Assembly: GCA_002926195.1 (NCBI GenBank)
Contig: MZXQ01000097.1
Coordinates: 1 to 32,821, forward strand
Direction of reading: 5' to 3'
DNA: 32,821 nucleotides
DNA from: Candidatus Methanomarinus sp. HR1
Lineage (GTDB): Archaea > Halobacteriota > Methanosarcinia > Methanosarcinales > Methanocomedenaceae
The notes beneath the pieces were generated by a model. That model was not told the origin of the DNA. It saw only the letters and a list, made by a program, of their open reading frames with translations, and searched no databases. The number at the start of each line of letters is the position of its first letter. Position 1 is the stretch's first letter. Positions 10,973 through 21,148 of this stretch are shown here, piece by piece. The translations under genes and the position numbers were made by a program.

Positions 10973-11628
10973 TGAAAGACATAATTGATCTGCTTCCCGG
11001 GTTTAATTGTGGGGAATGCGGATTGCGGCAGTGCAGGGATTTTGCAGCAGCACTGGTTAATAATGAAACAGAACTTACTTGCTGTCCTCATCTGTATAAG
11101 GACAGATTTATCAGTAATATCAAATCAATAGAGAAGATTCTTTACGGATTGAAAAACAGTCAAAATGATACCCATAAAGAACCTGCCCGGATAAAAGGTA
11201 TTATTGACGGACTTGAAGCGGATTTTATTCTTGCTCCACTCTTAGATGAGACGTCATGCAGGGAATATTTGCATCCGTTCGATCATGAAACAAAACCTAA
11301 GGTAGATGAAGTTCTCAGGTATAGACCAATGGGATGTCCGATAACACATTTTGCCAGGGTACTGGATGTGGATAAAGGCATCATTACTGTACATATGGTC
11401 GGACCGCTTCATAGAATTGGAGATAAAGGTGCGCAATATCGGGATATCGGGTTATGTATGATCATCGGGTTTGATGGTATTGTCATTAAAGGCCGGGTGC
11501 CTGATGTTAGTGAAACGGTAAAGTTTCTTCCTGAACATTGTATGATGCAGAAAGTACATTCTGGTGTTGTGGTTCATTCGGAAGGTAAGCGTGTGAGGAT
11601 CGAGAGCATTGATCTGAAGGTATGGTAA
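10972..11628 (+). CDS. Fe-S cluster protein (N-terminal RnfB-like LPGxNCGxCG domain)
   Basis: LPGFNCGECGLRQC...CCP, plus GCPITH and HCMMQKVH; TAATG overlap with the GTPase. Confidence 0.8.
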   Translation: MKDIIDLLPGFNCGECGLRQCRDFAAALVNNETELTCCPHLYKDRFISNIKSIEKILYGLKNSQNDTHKEPARIKGIIDGLEADFILAPLLDETSCREYLHPFDHETKPKVDEVLRYRPMGCPITHFARVLDVDKGIITVHMVGPLHRIGDKGAQYRDIGLCMIIGFDGIVIKGRVPDVSETVKFLPEHCMMQKVHSGVVVHSEGKRVRIESIDLKVW

Positions 11629-11652
11629 GTGTAAGTGGTAGATGAATGATCA

Positions 11653-13032
11653 TTAACGAGCTGTTACCTCTAACTGCTTACCAATTATCCTGTCAAGCAT
11701 CCTGATAAACTCTGATCTTGCATTTCCTGGTATTGTGGCGCCAGCAGCAATATCATGCCCGCCCCCGATTCCTCCCATTGACCTGGCAGATTCATCCATT
11801 GCTGCAGCGAGATTCAGACCACGCCGTACCAGGTCATAATTACCCCTGCCAGATACTTTTACACCTTCCCGGGTATCAGCAAATGCGATAATAGGCAGAT
11901 TCCTGTATCCTATCGCTGTCATACTCATTCCTGCCACTATACCTACTATAGTGTCCTTAATCGCCGATCCGGCATCAAAATACTGAAGATTATCAAGTCT
12001 GGTCACCCCCATCTCCCTGACCAGGTTCATCCCTTCCACAAGGTTACGCCTGTGTTGCGCCAGAAGATGTATTGCATTTTCATATTCAGTCTCACGATCA
12101 CCCTGGCATACAGCCAGTCCGGTCTGCGCCTGATCATACCTGGCTGTAGCATTAAGTAGAGTAGAATATTCAGAAGCATCTCTGGTCTCAGTGCCTTCTT
12201 GCTCCTTGAGCAGAGTATATACTTCACCTACCAACCTCTGTATCTTATCAGTATGTAAACCATCGGATATGCAGAACCTGATCAAATTCGAGACAATTCT
12301 CTGTTTATTTGGTTGGTCCAGATCGATCCATCTTGCCCATTTCTCGCCCTGGGAATGCATACCACTTTTCTTAAGAAAATTGATACATGCATCTTCATTT
12401 CCTGTAAGACCACGCAAGTACGGGTCAGATGAATATTGTAGCATCTTATATACCGGTCTTGTCTGTTTTCCAAACAGCATAAGATCACGCTGGCAGTGTA
12501 TTATCCCTTTTTTTTTTCCAAGACCCACGATCTGGCGATTAACCCCTATAAGCTGACCCTGTTTTACATGCTGCAGATCCCCAACAGCACCCACCACAGC
12601 CAGATCTGCCAGATCATTATTATTACCCATAGCCCTTGCCAGTAAAAAAGTAGTGCCTGAACCACTGATCTCATAGGCACCATTGATGTTGAATATATGA
12701 GGATTCAGGTGATTTGCACAATCCCCTGAAGGAATATGATGATCGGATATCACTGCATTGATACCCTGACTATTGATTGTATCCAGCATTCCACTGCCAA
12801 GATCTGTAAAAACAGTAACTGAAGGGTTAAGATCTGCGATCCTGTTTATTATGGCATCATCAAGCTGTTTAACGAATTCAACTGAATATTCTTTACCTGC
12901 ACGTTCAAGGGCAGTACAGATGATCGCTGCTGAGGTCAGACCATCAGCATCAATATGGGATATCACATAGACATCCCGTTGATCCATTATGGTCTTCGCA
13001 CAATGATCGGCTCTTTTTTCAAATCGCTGCAT
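11653..13032 (-). CDS. DHH/DHHA1 phosphoesterase, RecJ-like
   Basis: SHIDADG, TDLG, SDHH, GGGHDIAAG. Confidence 0.9.
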   Translation of the reverse strand: MQRFEKRADHCAKTIMDQRDVYVISHIDADGLTSAAIICTALERAGKEYSVEFVKQLDDAIINRIADLNPSVTVFTDLGSGMLDTINSQGINAVISDHHIPSGDCANHLNPHIFNINGAYEISGSGTTFLLARAMGNNNDLADLAVVGAVGDLQHVKQGQLIGVNRQIVGLGKKKGIIHCQRDLMLFGKQTRPVYKMLQYSSDPYLRGLTGNEDACINFLKKSGMHSQGEKWARWIDLDQPNKQRIVSNLIRFCISDGLHTDKIQRLVGEVYTLLKEQEGTETRDASEYSTLLNATARYDQAQTGLAVCQGDRETEYENAIHLLAQHRRNLVEGMNLVREMGVTRLDNLQYFDAGSAIKDTIVGIVAGMSMTAIGYRNLPIIAFADTREGVKVSGRGNYDLVRRGLNLAAAMDESARSMGGIGGGHDIAAGATIPGNARSEFIRMLDRIIGKQLEVTAR

Positions 13033-13050
13033 ATATTACCATATTAACAT

Positions 13051-14310
13051 TTATAATTCGCCAACAGAGGAAATATTCAGATCTACCGGTACTTTCGTGA
13101 TGTTTCCTATTTTTGCACCAATAATATCCTGTATTTCTTTTCCAGTAGCAATATCTACCAGTCGTTGGGTTACTACTCCATCAAATACAATACTTTTAAC
13201 CCTGTTGTCCACATCCTTCATTGAATTGGCCAGATCCCTTACTGTAACTTCTTTAATGACCTTTTTATTTTTATCTAAAAACCGCGCACTCAACGTGCCA
13301 TGAAGTTCATTCATATGAGTTTTAAATTCATTGGATATTGTAGGAGTTGCTTGTTCCGGCCTTCTGCGGGGGCGCTCTGCTAACCTGGGCTTGGCGACTG
13401 GAGCTTTTACTACTCTTTGCCTGATTTCCGGTCTCTCTTCTCTTTGCTTCGATTGAGGAATAGGTCTTGCTCTTCTACCGCCTATTTGATACCTATCCAT
13501 TGCCTGTTCTACTGGTATTTTCTGGCGAAGGGACTTTACAATCTCTTTTTGAACCAGTTCCTCAACTCCTTTGCCATCCGGAGCCCTTGCAATAAAATCA
13601 ATATCTGCAACCTGTAGTAATTCTTTAATAATCAGTTCACCACCACGGTCCCCATCAGTAAAAGCAGTAACTTTCTTCTTTTTACATAGATCTATGACAG
13701 TCTGAGGGGCATTGGTACCCCCAACTTCGATAGCGTTCTTGATCCCGTACTTTAGCATATTTAGTACATCTGCCCGTCCTTCTACTACAATAATGGCATC
13801 AGAAGTAGCAACATTAGGTCCGCAGGGAATATTATCCTTACCATAGAATGTCAATTCTTCAATTCTTGCAGCTTCCTTTACTTCATCAGTAATCTCCTGA
13901 CTTTCCGGCCAGCTGTCATCGAACATATCAGTAAGAATATATTTAGCCCTTTCAATTATTTGTTTTCTTTTGGAATGTCGGATATCTTCTATCTTAGCAA
14001 TCTCAATATTTGCCATACATGGTCCGATCCTGTCTATTGTCTCCAGTGAAGCAGCTAATATAGCTGTTTCTGTCTTATCGAGACTCGAAGGAATATCTAT
14101 ATTGCCAATCGATTTGCCTACACTGGATCTAATATTAACCTCTATTCTACCGATCCGTCCTGTTTTTTGAAGGTCACGAAGGTCAAGGTCATTACCTAAT
14201 AATCCTTCGGTTTGACCAAATATTGCACCAACTACATCAGGTCTTTCAACTATACCATCAGCTTTTATTTTTGTATGAATTATATATTTTGTAGTATCTG
14301 TATTTTGCAT
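13051..14310 (-). CDS. dnaG: Archaeal DnaG (TOPRIM, exosome-associated)
   Basis: [34 protein letters not shown]. Confidence 0.95.
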   Translation of the reverse strand: MQNTDTTKYIIHTKIKADGIVERPDVVGAIFGQTEGLLGNDLDLRDLQKTGRIGRIEVNIRSSVGKSIGNIDIPSSLDKTETAILAASLETIDRIGPCMANIEIAKIEDIRHSKRKQIIERAKYILTDMFDDSWPESQEITDEVKEAARIEELTFYGKDNIPCGPNVATSDAIIVVEGRADVLNMLKYGIKNAIEVGGTNAPQTVIDLCKKKKVTAFTDGDRGGELIIKELLQVADIDFIARAPDGKGVEELVQKEIVKSLRQKIPVEQAMDRYQIGGRRARPIPQSKQREERPEIRQRVVKAPVAKPRLAERPRRRPEQATPTISNEFKTHMNELHGTLSARFLDKNKKVIKEVTVRDLANSMKDVDNRVKSIVFDGVVTQRLVDIATGKEIQDIIGAKIGNITKVPVDLNISSVGEL

Positions 14311-14821
14311 ATGAATTACCTCTCTTAATAAAAAATAGTAAGGAAAATATCGGTTTACCTGAAATAAAAGAGTTCAAAATTATTGAACATTATATACAAA
14401 TTTTTTTGAATCATATGACCTCTGTAGCTATAATTGCTTATACATGGAAATATAATCCTTTTTCCAAATTGCTCAATAATAGCGTTCTTTTATGACATCT
14501 GATGATAAATATAAGATGTCTCTTAATTTAATTAAGCAATTCCTTATTTAATGTAAATATACCGTTATTTATTGTTTTTTTTAACCCTTTTCCTTTACTA
14601 CTCTATTGAATACCCCATTTATATAATAATGATTTTTATGATTGTTACATAAAGACTCTATATTTAAGGATATACTGAAGTATGATATTATTCCTACTAT
14701 TTTAATTATTAAATTTCACCTATTAATATTAATTACATTTGATTATAATGTTATAATTTTCAATACCATTATTGTTGAGACTATATATTAAGTTATGGTA
14801 TTTATAATAATACTATCATGT

Positions 14822-15139
14822 TCATTCATAACAAAATACTTTTAACAAATCAAGTACCTGTTTAACGTCCATACCCTTAATGAGCACTGTCTTCTTATGA
14901 CTGGTTTGCCCTGAAATAAGAGTGATATCAGATTCACTGACCATCAATATTTTAGATAACTCGTTAATCAATTGCTTATTAGCTTTCCCTTTTTGTGGCG
15001 GCTGTGTGAGTTTAACTGTGATACGTTTTCTCCATGGATTATATCCACTTATAATCTTAACATTCTTACTTTCGGGTATTACTTCCAGATCAATAATAAC
15101 ACCGTTAGACGATTTCTTCACAGCATCTGTTATAGTCAT
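14822..15139 (-). CDS. DUF167/UPF0235 family protein
   Basis: PPQKGKAN and ISGQTSHKK pattern, 105 aa. Confidence 0.88.
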   Translation of the reverse strand: MTITDAVKKSSNGVIIDLEVIPESKNVKIISGYNPWRKRITVKLTQPPQKGKANKQLINELSKILMVSESDITLISGQTSHKKTVLIKGMDVKQVLDLLKVFCYE

Positions 15140-15169
15140 TCATTTCACGGTTAAAAAAAATATAAGAAA

Positions 15170-15254
15170 TGCGGGGGACGTGATTCGAACACGCGTACTC
15201 CTACGAGAATAGCCCCTCAAGCTATCGCCTTTGACCTGACTGGGCAACCCCCGC
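15170..15254 (-). tRNA. tRNA-Leu(GAG)
   Basis: Reverse complement folds as a cloverleaf: GCGGGGG acceptor stem, anticodon arm ATAGC-TTGAGGG-GCTAT, long variable arm, TTCGAAT T-loop, discriminator A. CCA not encoded, no intron. Confidence 0.97.
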
Positions 15255-15270
15255 ATAGGGTCTATCAGAT

Positions 15271-16062
15271 TTATTCTATTTCTGTTAGGATCTCATTTAA
15301 TTGTTTTGCATTATTGATAATAGTATTTGCTCCTTCCAGTAGCAGGTTCCTGGCTGTATATGAACCGTCAGATTCCATACGGAATATAAACGAATTGGTC
15401 TTGCCCTGAACAATAATTGCATCAATATCACAGGCATTCGTACACAGATTGCATAGGTTACAATTTAAAGCATCAGTGACAGTAAGTATATCATTTTCCA
15501 TAATAAGTATACCCTTTGGACACTCACCTATACACTTTCCACATGAATCGCAGTTCTCCAGTATATTAATTTCTGGCAAATTCTTATAACCACATGCAAT
15601 TCCAGCCTGCCATTTGGGATGTTTACGGCCAGTACCCAGTTTAGCAAAAGCTTCCAATACTAGTTCTTCATCCTTTTTCAATTCCACTATAGGAATCCGC
15701 TCATCAGCCGGTAAGATTTTAGGATCTGATGATAATATATCACCTGAATATACTATTATAGGTCCTTTTGAACTTAATGTCATTGATACCTGACACTTAG
15801 TACAACCCTCACCGTTGCAGTCACATTCTTCGGGAAGCACATAGGACTCCAGGTCTGTTGTGAAAGGAATCAATCCAACTCGCAGAGCAATTTGTTCATC
15901 AAATAAAACAGAAGTATTACCGTATATATTGATATAATCTATCGCCATAGTAGGTACTTCGGCCAGCATGCTCCTACGAAGTCCATTAATTATTGCAGGT
16001 TCTATTTGATTTATTATGAATCTGGCTTTGTTATCAGATAGTTCGATGATATCTATATCCAT
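15271..16062 (-). CDS. rpoD: DNA-directed RNA polymerase subunit D (Rpo3) with a ferredoxin-like domain
   Basis: NGLRR..EVPTMAI, NTSVLFDE, HPKW, two CxxCxxC motifs; start placed at ATG 16062 (alternative GTG 16074). Confidence 0.95.
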   Translation of the reverse strand: MDIDIIELSDNKARFIINQIEPAIINGLRRSMLAEVPTMAIDYINIYGNTSVLFDEQIALRVGLIPFTTDLESYVLPEECDCNGEGCTKCQVSMTLSSKGPIIVYSGDILSSDPKILPADERIPIVELKKDEELVLEAFAKLGTGRKHPKWQAGIACGYKNLPEINILENCDSCGKCIGECPKGILIMENDILTVTDALNCNLCNLCTNACDIDAIIVQGKTNSFIFRMESDGSYTARNLLLEGANTIINNAKQLNEILTEIE

Positions 16063-16074
16063 TCTTTCCCTCAC

Positions 16075-16464
16075 TTATACTCTTCTACCTCTACGTCCAC
16101 CTTTGGCTTGAGTACCGTCGTGTGGTGTGGGTGTTACATCTTCTATCCTGCCTATTCTGATACCTGCTCTGGCAAAGGCTCTTATGGCTGCTTGTGCACC
16201 CGGACCGGGACTTCTCTGTTTATTTCCACCGGGGGCACGTACTTTAACATGAATACCCATTATATCTTTATCCTTGAGTTTTTCTGCCAGTATATTTGCC
16301 ATTTGCATTGCCGTATAAGGAGAACTCTCATCACGAGCAGCTTTCACAACCATACCGCCGCTTATCTTGGCAATGGTCTCTGCTCCTGTTACATCTGTAA
16401 TAGTGATTATGGTATTATTAAAGGATGCATGTATATGTGCTACACCCCATTTTCCTTCTGTCAT
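16075..16464 (-). CDS. rps11: 30S ribosomal protein S11
   Basis: [26 protein letters not shown]. Confidence 0.98.
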   Translation of the reverse strand: MTEGKWGVAHIHASFNNTIITITDVTGAETIAKISGGMVVKAARDESSPYTAMQMANILAEKLKDKDIMGIHVKVRAPGGNKQRSPGPGAQAAIRAFARAGIRIGRIEDVTPTPHDGTQAKGGRRGRRV

Positions 16465-16483
16465 GGTCTACACTCCTTTGTTT

Positions 16484-17083
16484 TTATCTTCTTCTACCTT
16501 TTCTTCTTTTGTCTTGCTGTACTTCCTCTATTTGAATGATCTCATTCTTAACTATCTCAGCCAGACGTTGAGGATGTTCCTTTTTCTGCAATGGTGAATT
16601 AGTATAATATTCTATCCTTTGTTCATCATCTATTGATACAATGTAACTGGGTATAGTAATCTTTTTATTAGCTATTGAAATGTGACCATGCGTAATGAAC
16701 TGTCTTGCCTGTCTTATAGTACTGGCAAAACCCTGTCTATATACCTGTGTCTGAAGTCTTCGTTCAAGAAAATTCTTTGTATCAAGTGCCAGAATATCAT
16801 CAAGATTCCCTTCGGTGGACAGAATACTATACCGTTTAAGTCTGTTTAATATATCATCAGCTATTTGTCTGTCATGACCTGATAATTCTCCTTCAGTGAT
16901 CTCTGCCAATAACTTCATAGCAGAACGGCGGTATTTCCGAAGCATACTCTGGGCCTTCCAGACCTCACGTTTATTCCTGAGTCCATAGGTTTTTACATAA
17001 CCCACTTCTTCAGCCAACCTGAGCGCCTGCCAGGGATGCTTTGGTGTTTCATATGATTTGGTATTTTTACCCGGATATCCCAT
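16484..17083 (-). CDS. rps4: 30S ribosomal protein S4
   Basis: [27 protein letters not shown]. Confidence 0.98.
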   Translation of the reverse strand: MGYPGKNTKSYETPKHPWQALRLAEEVGYVKTYGLRNKREVWKAQSMLRKYRRSAMKLLAEITEGELSGHDRQIADDILNRLKRYSILSTEGNLDDILALDTKNFLERRLQTQVYRQGFASTIRQARQFITHGHISIANKKITIPSYIVSIDDEQRIEYYTNSPLQKKEHPQRLAEIVKNEIIQIEEVQQDKRRKGRRR

Positions 17084-17096
17084 TTTTCATCACCGC

Positions 17097-17567
17097 CTAA
17101 TTTACTTTTCTCTTAACACCGACAACAAGACCTCTTCTACCTGTAGATTTGGTTCTCTGTCCTCTAACTTTATGCCCTCGTTCATGTCTTATGCCTTTAT
17201 ATGAACGGGTCTTTTTCATGCTATTAAGATCTTCTCTTTTAATTAACAGTACATCAGTAGCAACAATATGTTTATCCTCGCCACTTAAATAGTCCTTACG
17301 CCTGTTAAGCATCCACACAGGTAAAATTGATTCAATATCATCTACTGTTTTATTCAGGGTTTCTATCTGCTCATCCTCAAGATAGCCCATGGTCGCTGCA
17401 GGGTCTACGCCTGATATATCAGAAATGATCCGTGCTGAGCGGCGGTTAATTCCTTTTATGCCTGTTAATGAGTACTGAACACTCTTTTTTCCTTCCAGGT
17501 CGGTATTAGCGACACGGACAATATGTTTAATCTCTTCTTGTTCGGTTTTTTCTTTTGGTTCTGCCAT
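17097..17567 (-). CDS. rps13: 30S ribosomal protein S13
   Basis: LTGIKGI, WMLNRRKD, GIRH..G..VRGQRTKSTGR. Confidence 0.98.
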   Translation of the reverse strand: MAEPKEKTEQEEIKHIVRVANTDLEGKKSVQYSLTGIKGINRRSARIISDISGVDPAATMGYLEDEQIETLNKTVDDIESILPVWMLNRRKDYLSGEDKHIVATDVLLIKREDLNSMKKTRSYKGIRHERGHKVRGQRTKSTGRRGLVVGVKRKVN

Positions 17568-17575
17568 TCAATGCA

Positions 17576-17657
17576 TTCCTCCGATAGGAAGTTTTTCCTA
17601 TAGCCCCGGACTCTTTATCCGGCGCCGCCCTTCATATTGCGGGCGCGATAATTGAAG
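17576..17657 (-). promoter_or_regulatory. Structured 5' leader (three hairpins) ending at the Shine-Dalgarno of rps13
   Basis: GC-rich island with stems CGCCC/GGGCG, CCGGA/TCCGG and ATAGGAA/TTCCTAT followed by GGAGG; TATA-like TTTTAAG near 17682-17688. Confidence 0.5.
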
Positions 17658-17801
17658 ATATAACCCTTAGATGTATTATTACTTAAAATAGCTTATGCAA
17701 GATCACAATATAGTTTGGACCTATAATACTTACAATCATGGTGTTTGACATCCAGTCCGAAATGTGGAGTATGCACATATGATCGCAGCTTTTAAGCCCC
17801 T

Positions 17802-17818
17802 AAAAAAAAGGAAAAAAA
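17802..17818 (-). terminator. Oligo-T terminator after the ferredoxin gene
   Basis: T7-CC-T8 on the minus strand about 20 nt after the stop codon. Confidence 0.55.
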
Positions 17819-17840
17819 TATTTACTATTAATTAATGGTG

Positions 17841-18086
17841 TTATGCTGCAATTTCGATCGTTAATGAATTTACCGGACAGTTCTTAACACAGATGCCGCA
17901 GGCTTTGCACAGGTTGTAATCTATAACAGCCATTCCATTGGACACTGCAATGGCCCTTGCTTCCGTATCAACATCGAAGTCTATATCTTTTTGTTGCTTT
18001 AAATTACTGGGACACACTGATGCACAGTTGCCACAGCCAATACAACTCTCTTCTGAAAGTATCAGTTTCTTATCTTTCTTTGCCAT
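17841..18086 (-). CDS. 2x[4Fe-4S] ferredoxin (FwdG-like)
   Basis: CIGCGNCASVCP and CKACGICVKNCP; start moved to MAKK (ATG 18086), which follows a GAGG SD-like sequence. Confidence 0.85.
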   Translation of the reverse strand: MAKKDKKLILSEESCIGCGNCASVCPSNLKQQKDIDFDVDTEARAIAVSNGMAVIDYNLCKACGICVKNCPVNSLTIEIAA

Positions 18087-18266
18087 ATTGAATTCCCTCA
18101 ATAATATTATTCTTTGGTATGTTCTATTATTTGCTATAATAAGAACGTTTCGAAATATACCGGAGGTCTTTAAATGATGAAATAGAAAAGTCATATGATA
18201 AATAGAAGAAGAACTTAAATATCAACATCAAATCCGATTTCCGGTTACAGGGAAATATATGCTAAT

Positions 18267-19253
18267 ATGACAAAAATTAAGAATATCAAGGAAAGAGAAC
18301 TAATTTCTTTAATCACTGGCATACTGGAAAAAAACCAGACTCACACCAGTGAAATTTTAAATAAATATATAGGCCCTGGAAAGGATGACTGTGCCGTTAT
18401 AGATATAGATAGCTCAAAACTTCTGGTTGCATCAACAGACATGCTTCACAGCACCACTGATTTTCCACCAGGTATGACACCGCAGCAAATGGGCTGGATG
18501 AGCGTTGCTGTGAATTTGAGCGATATTGCAGCTATGGGTGCCAGTCCAATAGGTATCATGATGGCTCTTGGACTGCCGCCTGATCTTGATCTGGATTTTG
18601 TAGAAGCTTTAGTCAGGGGCATGGATAAATGTGCCGGACACAGCGGTACGGTTATTATAGGTGGTGATATTGACAGACATGATGAGATAACTATTTCAGG
18701 GTCTGCACTCGGACTGGTAGATGCAGAGCATATAGTCTTAAGAAAAGGAGCACAAATAGGAGATATGGTATGTGTAACCGGTAAGCTTGGTACTGCAGGT
18801 GCCGCGCTGGATGCACTTATACATAATAGAAGTACTGATCGGTCTGTACTTGATAAATTCTATCAACCGGTTCCGAGGATACCGGAAGGTATATCTTTAG
18901 CGCAAACAGGATGTTTGACATCTATGATGGATATCAGCGACGGACTGGCATTATCTCTATATGATATTGCTGCAGTTAATAATATAGGATTTCATATACA
19001 GGCAAATAATATACCTATACATAATGAAGTTCGCAGCATGGCCTATAATGAAGATGAACTGTTTAAATGGAGTGTATACACAGGTGGTGATTTTGAACTA
19101 CTGTTCACTATTCGACCCGGGTGCCTGGAACAAGTTGAAAATAAAACAACAGTTCAATATACTGTGATCGGGGAAGTCACACAAAAAGGTATGACAATTG
19201 AACGACATGGTAATGTGATGGATATGAAACCTCATGGATTCACACAGTTCTAA
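18267..19253 (+). CDS. thiL: Thiamine-monophosphate kinase
   Basis: DDCA, NLSDIAAMG, IIGGD, DISDGL, GGDFEL. Confidence 0.95.
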   Translation: MTKIKNIKERELISLITGILEKNQTHTSEILNKYIGPGKDDCAVIDIDSSKLLVASTDMLHSTTDFPPGMTPQQMGWMSVAVNLSDIAAMGASPIGIMMALGLPPDLDLDFVEALVRGMDKCAGHSGTVIIGGDIDRHDEITISGSALGLVDAEHIVLRKGAQIGDMVCVTGKLGTAGAALDALIHNRSTDRSVLDKFYQPVPRIPEGISLAQTGCLTSMMDISDGLALSLYDIAAVNNIGFHIQANNIPIHNEVRSMAYNEDELFKWSVYTGGDFELLFTIRPGCLEQVENKTTVQYTVIGEVTQKGMTIERHGNVMDMKPHGFTQF

Positions 19254-19266
19254 GAGGATTGATAAT

Positions 19267-20319
19267 ATGATCAAGTGCCAGATATGTAATAACCCTGACT
19301 GCATCCGGACTGCCGAGGAAGTATTGGATACCATATACGACCTCTATACTGCCTGTGAAAACTGCGTGCCTGAACCTGAATGGAATACAACAGCTCCTTT
19401 TAAAACAATTACCGATATACAAACTCTAAGCAGTACTTTCTTATTATGCAACTCATGCGGCCGCCGTCCTTTAAATGCAGTGATGGCACATGCTCTGTCT
19501 ATTATGATCAGGCATGGTGAGCGGGATGAAAATGCCGGTCTTATCCGGACAGGAACACCGTTGATCTACAGAGGTTTCCCGATCATGTATCCACCACGTC
19601 TCGGACCCGACTCGCTTGTACTTATTGTAGATAATACCGGATTGCTTACGGCACAGGATATTGTAGGACAGGTGCCCGAAATAAAGGGCGTGATCCTGCG
19701 TACAGGTAGTCAGGCAAAAAGTGTAGGGATACTTGATTCTAACTCCAGGCCACATGAATATACCTTACTTGCTGGCTGCGATATGAGATGTGATGTTGTC
19801 CAAAGTGCTTTTGGGGAACTGGTGATATATAAAAATCAAAGTAAGATACACATAGAATTTGATAATGATCATAAGATGCAGATACTCGGATCGCTGGACG
19901 TAAAAGGTATACTTGCTGGCAAAGTAGTAGTGGATGGAATGTGTGGTCCCGGCACACTTGGTCTGATGAGCATGCTCTTTGGTGCAAGGAAAGTGATATT
20001 TAATGATGCATGGCGTCCTGCTATTGAGAATTTACTGCTGAACCTGGAAGTTAATAGTGCTATACTGGGTGTGGAGGTTGAACCGGTATTATCAATAACA
20101 GACCTTTCGCTTATTGGAGATAAACCAGTGCAAGTGGCTGTTGTTAAAAGAGATGGCCGGATCGCAGCAAAAGTATATTTTGGGGATTTACGGTATCTTC
20201 CGGATATTATAGACGGTTGTGATGTGTGCCTGATCGATGCATTTCCTGCGGTTGACCCTTCTGAATTTGTTAATATATGGGGTAAAAAAGATAAGGGTAG
20301 TCGTATAATAGTGGTTTGA
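19267..20319 (+). CDS. Putative SAM-dependent methyltransferase with a Cys-rich N-terminus
   Basis: CQIC...C, CENC and CNSC; motif I VVDGMCGPGTLG; start placed at ATG 19267. Confidence 0.7.
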   Translation: MIKCQICNNPDCIRTAEEVLDTIYDLYTACENCVPEPEWNTTAPFKTITDIQTLSSTFLLCNSCGRRPLNAVMAHALSIMIRHGERDENAGLIRTGTPLIYRGFPIMYPPRLGPDSLVLIVDNTGLLTAQDIVGQVPEIKGVILRTGSQAKSVGILDSNSRPHEYTLLAGCDMRCDVVQSAFGELVIYKNQSKIHIEFDNDHKMQILGSLDVKGILAGKVVVDGMCGPGTLGLMSMLFGARKVIFNDAWRPAIENLLLNLEVNSAILGVEVEPVLSITDLSLIGDKPVQVAVVKRDGRIAAKVYFGDLRYLPDIIDGCDVCLIDAFPAVDPSEFVNIWGKKDKGSRIIVV

Positions 20320-20463
20320 TCAATATTGATTGGATTTAACAGTCGGATCATCATTTAATTTAACGTCAACATTATTTCGAAAAATATAAAAACCGGGTGT
20401 GTTATATATTATTAAAAAAGGTATATACAGTTATATAAATTCATTTAAGAGAGTGTTGAAAAT

Positions 20464-21126
20464 ATGTTTGATGAAATAGAAAAGAAATGGGCATCTATGG
20501 GAGGTGCTGATGGGGTATTAGGCAAACCCTACGGTGAATCCAGAAAAACCATTGATGGTAATGGAAAATATCAGCGGTTCGATAACGGTTCGATCTACTG
20601 GAATCCAGATGTAGGAGCTTTTTATATTTACGGCGTGGTCGAAAGTAAGTATACGAAAATGGGATATGAGTCAAGTTATCTTGGATTCCCCACATCAGAT
20701 ACTATTGATCTTGGTGATAAACGCAGTTATAACAACTTCACCGGAGGAGTTATTTACTGTCATCCTCTTTTCCACTGCATTGCATTACGCGGTCCGATAC
20801 TGGATAAATGGAAACAAATGGGGGCCGAGAAGAGTGTAATGGGATATCCTGTCAGGGAAATTCAGGCTACAGAGGACGGCAAGGGTGAATGCCAGCACTT
20901 CCAGTTCGGAGATATCTACTCACATCCTGATCACGGAATCTTTGAGATGAGAGGCCGCCCAAGGATCGAGTGGTATAAATTAGGAGGACTGAATGGAAAA
21001 TTCGGCCCACCTGTTTCTGAAGTCACAGAGAGTGAGGATGGGAGTTACCAGAACTTTAAGCATGGGACAATCGTCTGGCATGGAAAACAACAGAAAGTTG
21101 ATATTCAGGAACACGGAACTGCATAA
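20464..21126 (+). CDS. LGFP-repeat protein (four repeats, no signal peptide)
   Basis: Repeats of about 54 aa centred on LGKP, LGFP, MGYP and FGPP, each followed by F..G.I(Y/V). Confidence 0.88.
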   Translation: MFDEIEKKWASMGGADGVLGKPYGESRKTIDGNGKYQRFDNGSIYWNPDVGAFYIYGVVESKYTKMGYESSYLGFPTSDTIDLGDKRSYNNFTGGVIYCHPLFHCIALRGPILDKWKQMGAEKSVMGYPVREIQATEDGKGECQHFQFGDIYSHPDHGIFEMRGRPRIEWYKLGGLNGKFGPPVSEVTESEDGSYQNFKHGTIVWHGKQQKVDIQEHGTA

Positions 21127-21148
21127 TTATTGCAACGATGTATTAAAG

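Noticed and set aside
14311..14821. Replication origin call
   Set aside because: No recognisable ORB motifs and no adjacent cdc6/orc1; AT-richness alone is insufficient
15140..15170. Integrated element at the tRNA-Leu 3' end
   Set aside because: No integrase and no duplicated tRNA 3' end noticed in the window; downstream genes are housekeeping
17584..17645. Degenerate tRNA upstream of rps13
   Set aside because: No acceptor stem or TTCG T-loop; kept as a leader candidate instead
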